From NCBI RefSeq assembly GCF_056746865.1, contig NZ_CM163382.1: a stretch of DNA of 64,000 bases. One strand, written 5' to 3'. This document shows, piece by piece, positions 32,285 to 39,899 of the stretch (position 1 is its first letter; every line of letters starts with the position of its first letter). The translations under genes and the position numbers were made by a program. Below the pieces are notes generated by a model. The model saw nothing but the letters and a program-made list of their open reading frames with translations, made no database searches and was not told where the DNA came from.

Positions 32285-35040
32285 TGAAACAGGCATGTGT
32301 GGAAGCTATTGCGCAGACACTTGGTCGCCAGCCAAAGGCTGATGAGCTGAAAAATATTGAAGATCGTATCAAAGAAGCTGTGCAGCATGTGCACAGAAAG
32401 AATGCCAAAGAAGGCAAAAGTGGTATTCCTGATGCTCAAACATACATGGATGCAGCAGAACTGGTACGCCAGCGTGTGGTTCATGATGTGTACAAGAAAA
32501 GACAGCGTGTTGCCCAGAATGCGATCGCCATCAGTAAAATTACTGACACTCTCGATGCTAACATCCCGCCTGATCAGCAGACACCTGTTAATTTGCAGCA
32601 GTTTATTTTTGCTGGCCGACGATCGAGAGACAAAGCTGATATCTCCGTTACTTCTGCTGAAGAACTTGCAATTGGGGCATATCAGGACTGGTCCCGTCAG
32701 CTCAGTGCTGAACTTCTAAAAGCAGGTGATGACGTCCGCAAATTCTTCGAGCAGAGCAGGGCGCTTGGAGAGCAGCGGTTTCGGAGTGTATTCGACAGGC
32801 AGGCGGCAAAGTCTGCACAACTCCAGATCCTGAAAGAAATATATGGCGAAGATACCGGGAATCCCCTGGCGAAGAAAATTGCACAGATTTGGAAGGATGT
32901 AACAGGCCGTGTTCGTCATGAGATGAACGACAATGGCTTTGACATAGGCCTGCGAGAAGACTGGCATACGCCATATGTGGATGATGCTGACCTTATTCGC
33001 AATGCCGGGCGCGAAGAATGGCTGGCATCGTTACCAGTGGCAGAGCAAGCTACAGCACGTCTTTCAGGTCGCCAGCCACCGATTGAGTTTGCCCGCCAGA
33101 AATGGGTTGATGACGCTTACAACACGCAGGATCGCAGCAATTACGTTAATCCTGACGGCAGCATTATGAATGACGTCGAGTACCGTCAGGCACTGGAAGC
33201 GATCTTTGAAACGAAGGCCACTGATGGGGCAAACAAAATTGAGCCTGGTACATTTATGGGAGCCGGAGGAATAAAGAGCCGTGGTTCTCAGCACAGGGTG
33301 ATGGCGTTCAAGGATGCGCAGTCACACTTCGCCTATATGGAACGATACACTCAGCAGCCGCTGGTGGGGGTGATGATGTCGCACCTGCAATCATCATCCA
33401 GGGATTTGGGCGTCGTTAAAGCCTTTGGTCCGGACGCCGAAAGAAACTTTTCCCTGGTACTGGATCGCATCTATAAGCGCGCAGTAACAGGCGGGAAACG
33501 CAAAAAAGAAATGGAGGATGAGGCCAAATTAGTTGCCCGTATGTTCAACTCAATGGCTGGCCTAAATGGTGTCGCTTCATCGAGTGTGTTCTCTTCAGCA
33601 GTTGGTGGTCTGCGTAACCTGATGACCAGCGCCATGCTTGGCACCAGCGTACTGACAGCAACCAGCGACCAGGCAATTATGCGGGCAAATGCGCAGGCGC
33701 TGGGCTTTACCCGTGGTGGAATGCGGCTTTCCGTTAACACTATCAAAAACCTGTTTAGTGGAGATGCCAAAAAGGCGAATGCTGAACTCGGTCTGCTGGT
33801 GGATTCACATGCTGCTGTGGTTTCGAAAATGGGCGGGTTTGACTTGTCTCGCGGCATAACTGGCTGGTTCGCAGAGAAGACACTGAAGTGGTCCGGGCTG
33901 ATCGCTATGGACCGCGCAAACAAAGCGTCGTTTGGTCTCCTGATGTACAAAAACATTGGCGAGCTGACCAGAAAATTTAAGACGCTGGACGATATGAAAG
34001 GAACCGATAAAACCATTCTGGCTAACAAGGGATGGAGCAATGAGGACTGGGCCATCATGGCAGCGGCAGAACTCAGGCCGATGACTACTGCCGGGCATAT
34101 GGGGATGACGCCAGACGCGATTTACGCTGTGCCCGATAACGTAATAGCCGACATTATGGCAGACCGTATTACCCGGATTCGTGCCGGGAGTGAAAAGGCA
34201 CTGGCAGCCCTTGGAGATCTCCCTCCAGAACGCCTGAAACGGATGAAAGAAGCATTCGACGCTGAGGCTGAGCAGACCATCACGCGCATGATTCGTAATG
34301 CACGCGCTGAAGCAGCCCAGAAATTGCTGGGAATTACGCACGGTGAGATGACCAATGCTGTGACCACCGCTACGGGTATTGATACATATGCCCGTGATGA
34401 TGCTGGCGAGTTAATGAAGAGCTTCATGCTCTTCAAAACAACCCCATTTGCTGGATTTCGGCAACTTGTTAACAGAACACGGGATTTGGACACCGTTCCG
34501 GCCATTAAATTTCTGGCCTCATATATCGGGGGAACAACTCTTGCTGGTATGTTTGCGATCCAGATGAACAGTTTGTTAAATGGTAATGATCCGCTGGATA
34601 TGACAAAACCAACCACATGGGTTCAGGCTTTACTGAAAGGTGGTTCGTTCGGTATCTACGGTGATTTTATTTTCCAGGACCATACGCAATATGGCTCCAG
34701 CATCGGTGCCACTATGGGTGGCCCTGTGTTGAGCTTTGCAGAGCAGTTAACAAAATTACTGATTACTAACCCACAGAAGGCTCTACAGGGTGAAGAAACA
34801 TCATTCGGTGCCGATGCACTGAAAACAGCCCGCATGATCACCCCATTCGCAAACCTGTGGTATGCGAAAGCGATAACCAATCACCTGATATTGCAACAAC
34901 TTCAGGAGATGGCAAACCCTGGTTACAATGATCGAGTAAGGGACCGCGCGCAACGGGAGTTCGACATAACGAGTTGGTGGGAACCGGGTGCTATTGCGCC
35001 ACGTAGAGCACCGGATTTTGGAAAGGCGGTGGGGAACTGA
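32284..35040 (+). CDS. Large protein (918 aa), unknown function; candidate ejection/structural-type protein
   Basis: ATG at 32284 in a TAATG overlap (preferred over the track start at 32263). Long uninterrupted frame with only antisense shadow ORFs opposite. C-terminal hydrophobic G-rich region (IGGTTLAGMFAIQMN...GGSFGIYGDFIF). Confidence 0.75.
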   Translation: MKQACVEAIAQTLGRQPKADELKNIEDRIKEAVQHVHRKNAKEGKSGIPDAQTYMDAAELVRQRVVHDVYKKRQRVAQNAIAISKITDTLDANIPPDQQTPVNLQQFIFAGRRSRDKADISVTSAEELAIGAYQDWSRQLSAELLKAGDDVRKFFEQSRALGEQRFRSVFDRQAAKSAQLQILKEIYGEDTGNPLAKKIAQIWKDVTGRVRHEMNDNGFDIGLREDWHTPYVDDADLIRNAGREEWLASLPVAEQATARLSGRQPPIEFARQKWVDDAYNTQDRSNYVNPDGSIMNDVEYRQALEAIFETKATDGANKIEPGTFMGAGGIKSRGSQHRVMAFKDAQSHFAYMERYTQQPLVGVMMSHLQSSSRDLGVVKAFGPDAERNFSLVLDRIYKRAVTGGKRKKEMEDEAKLVARMFNSMAGLNGVASSSVFSSAVGGLRNLMTSAMLGTSVLTATSDQAIMRANAQALGFTRGGMRLSVNTIKNLFSGDAKKANAELGLLVDSHAAVVSKMGGFDLSRGITGWFAEKTLKWSGLIAMDRANKASFGLLMYKNIGELTRKFKTLDDMKGTDKTILANKGWSNEDWAIMAAAELRPMTTAGHMGMTPDAIYAVPDNVIADIMADRITRIRAGSEKALAALGDLPPERLKRMKEAFDAEAEQTITRMIRNARAEAAQKLLGITHGEMTNAVTTATGIDTYARDDAGELMKSFMLFKTTPFAGFRQLVNRTRDLDTVPAIKFLASYIGGTTLAGMFAIQMNSLLNGNDPLDMTKPTTWVQALLKGGSFGIYGDFIFQDHTQYGSSIGATMGGPVLSFAEQLTKLLITNPQKALQGEETSFGADALKTARMITPFANLWYAKAITNHLILQQLQEMANPGYNDRVRDRAQREFDITSWWEPGAIAPRRAPDFGKAVGN

Positions 35041-35354
35041 TGACGAGAGATAAAATTGAATATATTGCTTCTCTTAAATATGAAGCTGAGAAATGGAGAA
35101 GGATTGGCGGGTGGGGAACATTAATATCACTCTCTGCTTTACTTATAGACTCCTGGTTCAGACATATTGATGCAGCATCATTACTTTTTGAATCAGCAGT
35201 ACTTGGTGGATTCATTTGCTGTTGGGGTGGTAATTATGATCGGGCGTCCAAACATAAGAGAGAACTTGACGCGATATGTTTTGCTTTATTCGGTAAGGAT
35301 TACGAAAGTTCTGACCTTGATATAATTGAATTCAACAAAACGGAACTATCGTGA
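35040..35354 (+). CDS. Small predicted two-TM membrane protein (104 aa), last gene of the operon
   Basis: TGATG overlap with the upstream gene. Hydrophobic segments WGTLISLSALLIDSWF and SAVLGGFICCWGG. AT-rich. Confidence 0.55.
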   Translation: MTRDKIEYIASLKYEAEKWRRIGGWGTLISLSALLIDSWFRHIDAASLLFESAVLGGFICCWGGNYDRASKHKRELDAICFALFGKDYESSDLDIIEFNKTELS

Positions 35355-35362
35355 CATGTCAC

Positions 35363-35387
35363 AGGCCGCTTTCGCGGCCTTGTTTTT
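35363..35387 (+). terminator. Rho-independent terminator of the giant-protein operon
   Basis: AGGCCGC-TTTC-GCGGCCT hairpin followed by TGTTTTT, 9 nt after the stop codon. Confidence 0.65.
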
Positions 35388-36058
35388 AACGAATGCCACC
35401 GCCGCCCGGGCGGGAATTCGCAGATAAAAAAGCACGCTGCACGGTTTTATTAATACTTATACCATTAGGATTGATCCTTCAATGGACAATCCTTCCATCG
35501 TGTGGCCAGCCATTCATATTCTTTGTCTTTTCTTCAGTATCGGCTTTGCATCTTCTACACCCTGAAAGATGTCGTTTTATGGTGTATCTGATGATTTATT
35601 CCCTAACAATAGATATTCGAAAAATTAATCAGTTAAAACAATTATTTGGATAATTTCAGGTAAAACTATCTTAATCTTCTGGTGGATCTCAATGCGTAGT
35701 GACGGTATCGGGATTAAGGGCGTGGATATTCGCGATATATGCCGCTACACCCCTCAACAGTAATAGATATGAGCTTTTCACGCTCTCCTTTCACTGCTGA
35801 GAACGGCAACAACGTGCCACAGGAACGCGCTGTAATCGATTCTGACGCACTTAATTGCGTTGGGTAATGGTTTTTGCCAGCCTGTGGGGGTAACTCTGTT
35901 TTATGAGGCTTTGGCTATAGTGCAAAAATACACTTTGTCTTGCCTCTCAATTTGATGAGACTGGAACGACAACAGGACAGACCACCAGCAACAGTTACCG
36001 TATTCAGCCGTTCTGTGGCACCAGTGGAACTATCAACCCCTGCTTTCAGCAATGTGTT

Positions 36059-36212
36059 TGCGGGTTATTTTGGGGCGTTTGCGGGTTATTTGGGATGTTT
36101 TGCGGGTTATGTGATGCTTGAATAATGAACAGTGTATTTTGCAACATATTGATACTAAAGAACAAAAAATAGTTAGCATACTAAGATAACCCGGTAACCC
36201 GCATAACCCGCA
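36059..36212. repeat. Iteron cluster 2: 3 TGCGGGTTA spaced 21/21 bp, an AT-rich spacer, then tandem inverted TAACCCGCA copies; a mirror image of cluster 1
   Basis: TGCGGGTTA at 36059, 36080 and 36101. TAACCCGG (degenerate) at 36187 and TAACCCGCA at 36195 and 36204. The AT-rich core is about 36121-36186. Confidence 0.65.
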
Positions 36213-36618
36213 CTGTTTTGTATATATATACGAAAAATTGCATTCAGGAGGGGGGGAGCGAAATCCCTACAATCCATTGCTTATGGGACCGCCCGCCTCG
36301 TCAAATTTTTACACCCGCGAAATAAAAAAATACTTCACGCTGGTGGGCATGATGCTGATATGGGAGGCTTCCATAACGCCACCATTCGGAACTATGCAAA
36401 TCTGCATAGAAAAGGGGATGCCTGATACAATACCCTCGCCCGATAAAATCACACCGATAAACTCATCTGCCACGAGTAGAAAGAGCGAACGAACCCGATA
36501 CGCAGTAATGCTTGTCGGGTACAGCTTTTTAAGGCGGCTGTAGATATCAGGCCATCCGTGATCATCCACCAGCGAGATAGCCGATAACGATGACGCATAA
36601 CCCTCAAGCGAGGGATAA

Positions 36619-36642
36619 ATGTGTATAGAAATGTGTATAGAA
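36619..36642. repeat. Tandem 12-bp repeat ATGTGTATAGAA x2; candidate integrase arm-type sites
   Basis: Exact tandem copies 62-85 bp left of the right core. GTGTATAG also occurs at 16921-16928, and inverted (CTATACAC) at 16962-16969, next to the int start at the other end. Confidence 0.35.
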
Positions 36643-36699
36643 TTGATTTTAGAACTCGCAGGATTCGCGCTATTACTGGCCTTGTGTGATGTTGTATTG

Positions 36700-36718
36700 T
36701 TCCCTTCGCCCGCTCCAA
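36700..36718 (+). other. Right island junction (attR-like): an 18-nt copy of a tRNA 3' end (TTCCCTTCGCCCGCTCCA) plus A; not a complete tRNA
   Basis: It matches the T-arm/acceptor/CCA end of E. coli tRNA-Gly(CCC) glyU as I remember it (…GGTTCGATTCCCTTCGCCCGCTCCA). Upstream sequence has no tRNA body. The 15-nt core is repeated at 16792-16806. Confidence 0.7.
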
Positions 36719-36949
36719 TTTATCTTCACCTCATCAACCTGCCATTTTTGTTGTATCTGATTTTCTATATTATCTTAATTCAATCGCTTCAGACTTTTCG
36801 CAATCGCCGTAATACTTCCCCATTTTTTTGTAAATAAAAGCGTTTACGCAATGCAATCCATTTGTAACAACCCAGGTAAAATACCTTATTTTCAAGTTGT
36901 TAAATAAGTGGTTATCTACGCTTTTAACAAACGATTGATGGAATCTTTT

Positions 36950-38559
36950 ATGAAAGGGAAATCTACATTAACTCTTCTGCTCGCTGGTATATTTTCATGC
37001 TGCACATGCCAGGCGACAGGGGCAGAAGTGACGAGTGAATCTGTATTTAACATTCTTAATTCCACGGGGGCAGCAACTGATAAAAGTTATTTATCGTTAA
37101 ATCCAGATAAGTATCCTAATTATCGTCTTCTGATTCACTCAGCCAAATTAAAAAATGAAATAAAGAGCCACTATACCAAAGACGAAATTCAAGGATTGTT
37201 AACATTAACAGAAAATACACGAAAGTTAACGTTGACGGAGAAACCATGGGGAACATTTATTCTTGCTTCTACTTTCGAAGATGACAAAACAGCGGCAGAA
37301 ACCCACTATGATGCTGTCTGGCTGAGGGATAGTTTATGGGGCTATATGGCATTAGTATCAGATCAGGAAAATAGTGTAGCCGCAAAAAAGGTTCTGCTCA
37401 CTCTGTGGGATTATATGTCTACGCCAGACCAGATTAAACGGATGCAGGACGTCATTAGCAACCCAAAACGACTGGATGGTATTCCTGGGCAAATGAATGC
37501 TGTGCATATCCGATTTGACAGCAACTCCCCCGTGATGGCAGATGTGCAGGAAGAAGGCAAGCCGCAGCTGTGGAACCATAAACAAAATGATGCGTTAGGT
37601 CTTTATCTTGATCTCCTTATACAAGCAATCGACACTGGTACTATTAACGCTGAAGATTGGCAAAAAGGTGACCGATTAAAATCGGTTGCGCTGCTGATTG
37701 CTTATCTGGATAAAGCCAATTTCTATGTTATGGAAGATTCCGGAGCGTGGGAAGAAGATGCCAGATTAAACACATCTTCCGTTGCACTGGTGACCTCTGG
37801 ACTGGAACGTTTGTCGAACTTACTCTCGAAGAAAGACTCTGTTTTTGTCTCTGATTTACTACGCGAAGCTAAAGCTAATGAACTGGATGAACCACTTTCA
37901 ACAACGAGGTTGAACCACCTCATAGATAAAGGTTATGAAAGAATAACGTTACAGCTTGATTTAGGGGGAGAATCCCCAGGTTATCTGGAAAAAGATAAAC
38001 ATTACAGAGAAGCCGATGCGGCTTTACTTAATGTTATTTATCCTGCAAATCTTTCAAAGATAAATACCAGAAGAAAAGAGCAAGTTCTAAAAATAGTTAA
38101 AAAACTAGCAGGTCCGTATGGTATAAAAAGATACGAGAAGGATAATTATCAGTCGGCAAATTTTGGTTCAATGATATTAAAACCGATACCGATCAAAATT
38201 CACATGCAAAAAGAGAAATGAGCTTCATTCCATCAACAGAAGCAGAATGGTTTTTTGACTCATGGTATGCAAAATCAGCAGCAATTGTTTATAAAGAATC
38301 AAGAAAAGAAGAGTATTTGAATGACTCAGTGCAATTTATGAATAGATCATTGGCCCAAATAACAGGCGAGAATATGATTGGTGCAAATGGCAGGAGCGTA
38401 CCTGAAATGGCACTTCCCGAAAGCTATAACTATATCCACAAGTCAGGAACTTTGCATGAAGCGCCAAGCCCTATCATTCCGCTAAACTGGTCGAAAGCCT
38501 CAATGACTCTTATGTTGAAAGAAATGTCCAATCTTATCAATGATGAGGGAATTAAATAG
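36950..38559 (+). pseudogene. ygeQ: GH15-like (glucoamylase/YgeQ-family) secreted glycoside hydrolase, split by a frameshift near 38158-38220
   Basis: Signal/lipobox-like N-terminus MKGKSTLTLLLAGIFSCC. GH15-like DAVWLRDSLWGYMAL. The second ORF (38218-38559) continues in the -1 frame, and that frame stays open back to about 38155 (GKFWFNDIKTDTDQNSHAKRE). The likely slip is in the AAATTTT run. Confidence 0.65.
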
Positions 38560-38624
38560 TTTTCATAATGAAGCGGTCCTGGATTAAAAGGACCGCTCAA
38601 AGAGAAATCGTAAGGGAGGTAAAA

Positions 38625-38804
38625 GTGATCAATAAATTACTGTTAGCTTACCTGATAGGTCTGGTTGTGACATCGACCTTAATATTTATCTTCTCGGAAG
38701 AAAAAGTAACATATCGGTTGTTTGCTGCAGTAATTACAGGGTTGACATGGCCGCTTAGCCTCATTCCATCCATCATAAGTCTCATGATTCGTAAATCCGA
38801 CTAA
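38625..38804 (+). CDS. Small two-TM membrane protein (59 aa from a GTG after a GGGAGG RBS; the track ORF starts at 38568)
   Basis: Hydrophobic LLLAYLIGLVVTSTLIFIF and FAAVITGLTWPLSLIPSIISLMI. Strong RBS 5 nt upstream of the GTG at 38625. Confidence 0.4.
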   Translation: MINKLLLAYLIGLVVTSTLIFIFSEEKVTYRLFAAVITGLTWPLSLIPSIISLMIRKSD

Positions 38805-39149
38805 CAAGAAAATTATATGAACGATTAAGAAAAATAGAATCGGAAAAGAGAATAAAATATATGCAGGGAGTAACAAAACACTCGCAGTGCGTTAATGTGT
38901 AACTAACAAATATGATTTTTATTGAAAATAGTCACCAAACAAGTGTTATAAGAAATACGGGGTATGTTTAAGTAAAACATATCAACAGTTGCAATTCTGT
39001 ATATGGACAGGATGACGTACAAGTGTAAGTGGCTGATAGCTATTCGCTCATAACAAAATCATTATTTTATAAATAGGAATCATCACTTTTTAATCATGTT
39101 TTTATTGCAAGTTTATGGAGAATGAGAATATGGAATAAGGAGATGAAAC

Positions 39150-39899
39150 ATGATTGAAGAAGGGCTGTTACTTCCAATGAATGTTTTGCTTCAAGGACAG
39201 AAGTTAACCCTACTGGACCCTGAAATGTGGTTCTTACGGGGAAATGAAAACAAGGATGTAACCCTTGTTATTACGATTGGTAATAACCATCAAAAATTAA
39301 TGGTAGTGGAAGACATATTACTGCTCATTGACCGAAGCCAAATTGAGGTAACTGCAGGGAAAGTAATTTATCATCCACTTCGCATTGATATCCTGAGTAA
39401 ATTATTAGCTTTTATTGATGAATCAACGGGGAGTGTGGAAAGGGAACACCATGAGTTGTTTGCTGATGCCTTGCCCTTTGCATCAGAAGTTGTGCTATTC
39501 AGTAAAGTTGCAAGTGAAGCCTGGTTTTTAGCCACTTATCTGAGCAGCGATAATATTAATGAAATTCTGTTTCAGCATCTAAGAAAAACAGAATGCTATA
39601 AACTGGTTCGCTATTTATTATCGCAATCGCTCATACAGACTTCACTCTATGATCTTGGTGAGCTTTACGGCGTATCGTATTCACATTTTCGCCGTTTATG
39701 TAGTTATGCATTGGGTGGTAAAGTTAAAACGGAATTATGTGGCTGGAGAGTTGCCAGAGCCGTGTTGGAAATCATTGAAGGAAACAGTGATATGACAACT
39801 ATTGCGCATAAATATGGCTACTCATCCTCATCACACTTTTCAGCTGAAGTAAAAAGTCGGTTAGGAAAAACACCGAGAGAACTATGTAAAAAGTTATGA
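39150..39899 (+). CDS. eivF: AraC-family T3SS regulator (InvF homologue)
   Basis: 249 aa with a C-terminal AraC HTH (YGVSYSHFRRLCSYALGGK...IAHKYGYSSSSHFSAEVKSRLGKTPRE). ATGA overlap with eivG. Confidence 0.85.
   Translation: MIEEGLLLPMNVLLQGQKLTLLDPEMWFLRGNENKDVTLVITIGNNHQKLMVVEDILLLIDRSQIEVTAGKVIYHPLRIDILSKLLAFIDESTGSVEREHHELFADALPFASEVVLFSKVASEAWFLATYLSSDNINEILFQHLRKTECYKLVRYLLSQSLIQTSLYDLGELYGVSYSHFRRLCSYALGGKVKTELCGWRVARAVLEIIEGNSDMTTIAHKYGYSSSSHFSAEVKSRLGKTPRELCKKL

Noticed and set aside
33471-34616. Long minus-strand ORFs (195, 178 and 164 aa) inside the 918-aa gene; similar ones lie opposite the 843-aa gene and opposite nlpD, rpoS, cysN and cysD
   Set aside because: These are antisense shadow ORFs within strongly supported long genes. 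Their composition is low-complexity or Ser/Arg-rich, and they have no independent start signals.
35393-35653. 86-aa + strand ORF downstream of the operon terminator
   Set aside because: It has no RBS, its composition is hydrophobic but odd, and it lies in a patchy region that looks like decayed non-coding or remnant DNA. Support is insufficient.
35940-36125. 61-aa ORF ending ...FAGYFGAFAGYLGCFAGYVMLE
   Set aside because: The repeated FAGY peptides simply reflect the 21-bp-spaced TGCGGGTTA iterons, so this is ori-like DNA and not coding.
36690-36720. A tRNA gene at the right island end
   Set aside because: Only the last 18 nt of a tRNA are present. The upstream sequence (GTGTGATGTTGTATTG) has no D-arm, anticodon-arm or T-arm structure. 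It is an att duplication, not a functional tRNA.
16792-36950. Simple deletion of the roughly 100 kb between cas5e and glyU as the explanation for the junction
   Set aside because: The ETT2 flank is inverted relative to the iap-CRISPR flank compared with the remembered K-12 order. The intervening region also contains essential genes (eno, pyrG). An inversion fits both facts and a deletion does not.
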